Source: Octopus bimaculoides
Taxonomy: Eukaryota
Reading direction: 5' to 3'
Length of the DNA: 39,098 nucleotides
NCBI RefSeq assembly: GCF_001194135.2
Contig: NC_068990.1
Span: 36,532,022-36,571,119, forward strand
The notes beneath the pieces are model-generated. The model was not told where the DNA came from, did not search any database, and saw only the letters and a program-made list of their open reading frames with translations. The first letter of the stretch is position 1. Every line of letters starts with the position of its first letter. A program made the translations under genes and the position numbers. Shown here in pieces: positions 34,797 through 39,098 of the stretch.

Positions 34797-35212
34797 NNNN
34801 NNNNNNNNNNNNNNNNNNNNNNNNNNNNNNNNNNNNNNNNNNNNNNNNNNNNNNNNNNNNNNNNNNNNNNNNNNNNNNNNNNNNNNNNNNNNNNNNNNNN
34901 NNNNNNNNNNNNNNNNNNNNNNNNNNNNNNNNNNNNNNNNNNNNNNNNNNNNNNNNNNNNNNNNNNNNNNNNNNNNNNNNNNNNNNNNNNNNNNNNNNNN
35001 NNNNNNNNNNNNNNNNNNNNNNNNNNNNNNNNNNNNNNNNNNNNNNNNNNNNNNNNNNNNNNNNNNNNNNNNNNNNNNNNNNNNNNNNNNNNNNNNNNNN
35101 NNNNNNNNNNNNNNNNNNNNNNNNNNNNNNNNNNNNNNNNNNNNNNNNNNNNNNNNNNNNNNNNNNNNNNNNNNNNNNNNNNNNNNNNNNNNNNNNNNNN
35201 NNNNNNNNNNNN
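34797..35212. other. Assembly gap (416 N)
   Basis: N-run. Confidence 1.
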
Positions 35213-36006
35213 ATAAAAAAAAACTACTACTACTACTACTACTACTACGAATAATAATAATAATAAAAATAACAATAACAATAATAATAATGATAATAAT
35301 ACTTTTGGTTTCTATGTAGTTTGTTATTTCTTTTGTATTTTTACAACATTTTTATCTTTTACGCTATTTTAATTTCTTTTACAGTATTTCATTTTTTACA
35401 ATATTTTATTTTATTTTACATTATTTCATTTGTTTTTTATCTAAATTTTTCATGCTATTATATTTTTATATTTTTTATCTTTATCTTTAAATTTCTTTTA
35501 CAACATTTTGTTTGTTTACATTTTTTTACTTTAAGTTTTCATATTTTATTCTTTTTATTCTAAATATCTTATATTTTATATTTTACTTATTACATTTTAT
35601 TTTGTTCATATTTTAGATATTTTAAGATTTTATATTTTACGATATTTTATTGCAGTTTTTACTCTATATTTATATGATGTTTTATATTTTACGCTATTTT
35701 ATTGCATTTTTTCCCCATTATGTCCTTATGATATTTTTACGATATTTTTATTTCATTGAACAGGTTTTAAATTTTTTTACAGATGTTTGTTCATTTTAGG
35801 GGGCATTTTGATTTATTTCATAAAGGATTTAATTTTTTCAAAATGTTTTCTCTAGTTTATTACTGTTCTTTTTTTTGCAGTGCTTCTGTATAATCGTATG
35901 TGCTGTATATATGTGTGCACGAGACTATGGGATGCAGGTCTGTATACAAGAGTATCTGTAGTATGTATATATGCATGAATATGTAAGTACATGAATGCGT
36001 ATGTAA

Positions 36007-36055
<49 letters not shown>

Positions 36056-36756
36056 TGTGCACATATATATGTATAAGTGTGTGTTTGCATACATTTTTGG
36101 ACATATTTGTATATATGTGTATGCATATGTGTGTATGTGCCAGTAGTCAATGCAATTAAAGAAAATAAATCAATTTAAAAAAGCAATTTCATAAGATACA
36201 ACACTAAAAAGACAATAAAAACCAAAATATATTAAGTCGGCCAATTAAAGATGGAAGTACGAAAGAATGAAAAGAAAGAGTGAGGGAGTGAAACAAAGAA
36301 GGGGAAAGACACAGAAAGGAAGAGAATGGACAACAGGGAAGAAGGGAGAGGGTAAGTGGTTATTTGTCGCTAGAAACCATTATAATTAGCTAAAGTCTGG
36401 AATCCAATGAAAGTGGTGGTGAAGGTGGTGGTGATGGGGTTTTGGTGTTGGCAAAAATAAATATATTTAAGTATAATCTTTATATCCAACTTAAGATGGA
36501 TGCCTTGTTACAACACCAAATACTGTGTTGTTAGTCTTGAGTGACCCACACATATAGGTGCTTGGTGCATAAAACACACACACATAGATTGTAGTAGACG
36601 AAGTTCAACTGTCGTGGGCACCAGAATTCCAATATCACATAATTTCAGTCTGTTGAACTGCATCAGTAGGAGGCACCAATCACTGAAAACTAAGTTACAA
36701 TGTGTTAATTTGGTATGAGTCCGAAATCTGCCTGGATTATGTAGACAGATCTATAA

Positions 36757-36939
36757 TTTACCTTTTAGCATTCAGATTATTTTGTTAAATGTAATGCTTA
36801 TCTATTCATGTTATTTTAAATTAACTACGTATTTATCTTGCAATTTTGAGATGCTAACGATGTGATTGTTTATTTTAAGCATAACATTGCAGGGTAGGTA
36901 CGAGGCCAGATATGACCAGTTTGAATGCTAAAGGGTTAA
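36757..36939. mobile_element. ~180-bp MITE with TTAA-CCC...GGG-TTAA type ends (piggyBac-like non-autonomous)
   Basis: Left tttaccttttagcattca vs right tgaatgctaaagggttaa (16/18 complementary); internal homology to 17335-17945. Confidence 0.8.
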
Positions 36940-37279
36940 ACATGTTCCAATCTTGACCATCACATCTATTTTTCCAGCATTAGTGTAACCTAGACAACAT
37001 TATACAGTATGTTCTTCCGTTTTTACCTTTTCTTTTTGAAATTTGAAGATGTGATTTTATGAAGATTTGACTGATATTTCTAACTATTCAACTGAGCAAT
37101 AGAATCCCATATCTCAGCTTGATAGATTGCTGCAGAATTGCAGAAATAGTATATTTTGTGGCCTTGAGTAACTTTCCTTTGCTATTTAATATTTCGTGTT
37201 TGGGGTCGAAAAATAAAGTACCAGCTAAGTACCAGGGTTCATTGATTGTTGTTCCTATTTGTTAAAATTCATAGTTTTG

Positions 37280-37410
37280 TGTTGATTTTGCCTTTGTCCT
37301 TTTGGGGGGTCAATGAAATAAGTACCAGTTGAACACTGGGGTCGATGTAATCAACTTACTCCCTCCTCCAAAATTACTGGCTTCGTCCCAAAATTTGAAA
37401 CCAATATTCA
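37280..37410 (+). mobile_element. Second-family SINE fragment (a more degenerate one at ~37155-37250)
   Basis: gttgattttgcctttgtcctttggggggtcaatgaaataagtaccagttgaacactggggtcgatgtaatc...aaaatttgaaaccaatatt. Confidence 0.8.
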
Positions 37411-37671
37411 TGGTTTTGTGGCTATAAAAGAAATAACAGAGTTGTGAAGTGACGAAAGCTCTAGAGTTCTAGGTGAAATGACAGTATGTAATTTAGTTAT
37501 GTCTCTTAATGTTGGGAGTTCAATACTTGTCAAAGTCAACTTTACCATTCTGGGACAAGTGCAAATAAAGAAATAATCAAATATAAATCAAATCATGGGA
37601 TGTGGTCTTAATTGATTATAATTCTTCTTTCCTAAACATTGCACCACTGTGCATAAACTATTTCAAAAATA

Positions 37672-38050
37672 TATTCCTTTATTCGTTTACTTGTTTCAGT
37701 CATTTGACTTCAGCCATGCTGGAGCACTGCCTTGAATGGTTTTAGCCAAACAAATCAACTCCAGGACTTATTTCTTATGCCTAGTACTTATTTTATCAGG
37801 GTCTTTTGCCAAACTGCTAAGTTACAGGGATGTAAATGCACCACCACCGCTTATCAAGCAATAATGGAGGACAAGCACAGACACAAAGACACACACACAC
37901 ACACACTGAGGTTCTTTCAGTTTCCATCTACCAAATCTACTCAAAATGCTATAGTAGAAGACACTTGCCCAAGGCATCATGCAATGGAACTGAACCTCTA
38001 ACTATGTGGTTGGGAAGCAAGCTTCTTACCACACAGCCACAACTGCACCT
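37672..38050 (-). mobile_element. Near full-length CORE-like SINE
   Basis: ttacttgtttcagtcatttgac...gacacttgcccaagg...cttaccacacagccacaactgcacct; small internal deletion. Confidence 0.9.
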
Positions 38051-38069
38051 ATATATTAAAATATTTTAT

Positions 38070-38290
38070 TTTATTTTATTTGTTCCAGTCATTAGACTGC
38101 ACCCATGCTGGGGACCATCTTGAAGAATCTCTTTTAGATGAATATATTAACCGCAGTACTCATGTTTAAAAGCCTGATACTTATTCTATCAGTCTATCTT
38201 TGCCAAACTGCTAAGTTATGGAGATGGAAACATACCAACACGGGTTGTCAAGTAGTGGCAGAAACAAACACAAAAACAAAGATATGCACA
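38070..38290 (-). mobile_element. 3' half of CORE-like SINE
   Basis: ccagtcattagactgcacccatgctgg...tacttattctatcagtc...gccaaactgctaagtta. Confidence 0.85.
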
Positions 38291-38379
38291 CATAGATAGT
38301 CCTCCTACCTTTAGCTTCATCCCACCTTACTCTCAACCAAATTCTTTTTCTTAAGTCTCCCTCCACTTTTCTCACAGGT

Positions 38380-38530
38380 AGACATGTCTGTGTGGTAAAG
38401 AAGTTTTCTTCTCAACCACATACTTTCAGGTTCAATTCCACTATGTAGCATCTTGGGTAAATGTTTTCTACCAAAGCCTTTTGAGGGGATTTGATAGATG
38501 GAAACTGAAGGAAGCCTATTGCCTATATAC
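38380..38530 (+). mobile_element. 5' half of CORE-like SINE
   Basis: ctgtgtggtaaagaag...aaccacat...caggttcaattccact...gatagatggaaactgaaggaagcc. Confidence 0.82.
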
Positions 38531-38569
38531 ATATTTATATATGTGTGTATGTGTGAGCATATGGATTGC

Positions 38570-38830
38570 ATGAAAGTTCACTGTCATCAGTTCATCATTG
38601 GAGAGTTCCCTACCATCAATTCACTGCAAAGAAAGTTCACCATGAGGAAAGTTCACTGCAAGGTAAGTTTACCGAGAAAATATATACATAGTATCTCACT
38701 TTTAATAGTTAAAAACTATTTTAATGAAAGAAAAAACAAAAACACAGAAGAATTGAAGTTGAAAAATTATGTCAAAATATTCGTGCATTGAACTGATGAT
38801 AGTGAATTGATAATGGCGAACTTATTGAAC
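38570..38830. mobile_element. MITE-like element with inverted repeats and subterminal aaagttcac repeats
   Basis: ttcactgtcatcagttca (38577-38594) vs tgaactgatgatagtgaa (38789-38806), 17/18 complementary; aaagttcac occurs three times. Confidence 0.55.
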
Positions 38831-38842
38831 ATGGAAAATATG

Positions 38843-38875
<33 letters not shown>

Positions 38876-38984
38876 CTATAAAAGTTCATAGTTCAACTTT
38901 CTGTGTGTGTCTATATGTATATGCGTTTGTATATGTGTGTATTTGAGTGTGTATATTTGTGTCTCTTTGTCTGACTTGGAAGAA

Positions 38985-39098
38985 ACGTGACCTTATTTGG
39001 AAACAGTTGAGGAGCGGTGACAGGAAGAGCATCTGGCAATGGAAAATCTGCCACAACAAATTCTGTCGGACCAATGCGAACGTAGAAAGTTAGATACA
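38985..39098 (+). mobile_element. RTE-type 3' tail variant (runs to window end)
   Basis: ccttatttggaaacagttgaggagcggtgacaggaagagcatctggc...gaaaatctgcc. Confidence 0.78.

Noticed and set aside
686-38571. Most ORFs in the supplied track (HT/CV/YI, poly-R/E/S/L/H and X-containing ORFs)
   Set aside because: They are translations of microsatellites, SINEs or N-gaps, open in several frames and both strands, with no domain-like content.

Overview
Repeat-saturated, AT-rich eukaryotic DNA with 10 N-gaps, most of them flanked by microsatellites. The interspersed repeats match families I recall from octopus (coleoid cephalopod) genomes; this is from memory, not a database search. I cannot support any intact protein-coding gene, RNA gene or CRISPR array, and nearly all supplied ORFs are translations of microsatellites or N-runs. 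The window holds: (1) many tRNA-derived SINE copies from at least 4 families, one with a CORE-like domain and an internal microsatellite; (2) several (GAT)n-tailed RTE-type 3' ends; (3) a degraded mariner transposase 5' half (3767-4103, minus); (4) short fossils of Penelope-, R4- and RT-like retroelements; (5) TTAA-type and other MITE-like elements; (6) structured tandem repeats. The most unusual local features are a fold-back hairpin inside a retroelement tail (13396-13448), a decayed minimal-hammerhead-like motif in a Penelope-type terminal fragment (2856-2894), a 17-bp G-rich minisatellite with a 4-mer higher-order repeat (10624-10980), a SINE nested in a MITE with an 11-bp TSD, and an unidentified coding-like fossil at about 30.9-31.8 kb. 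No novel biological system is demonstrated. Most element boundaries are approximate.
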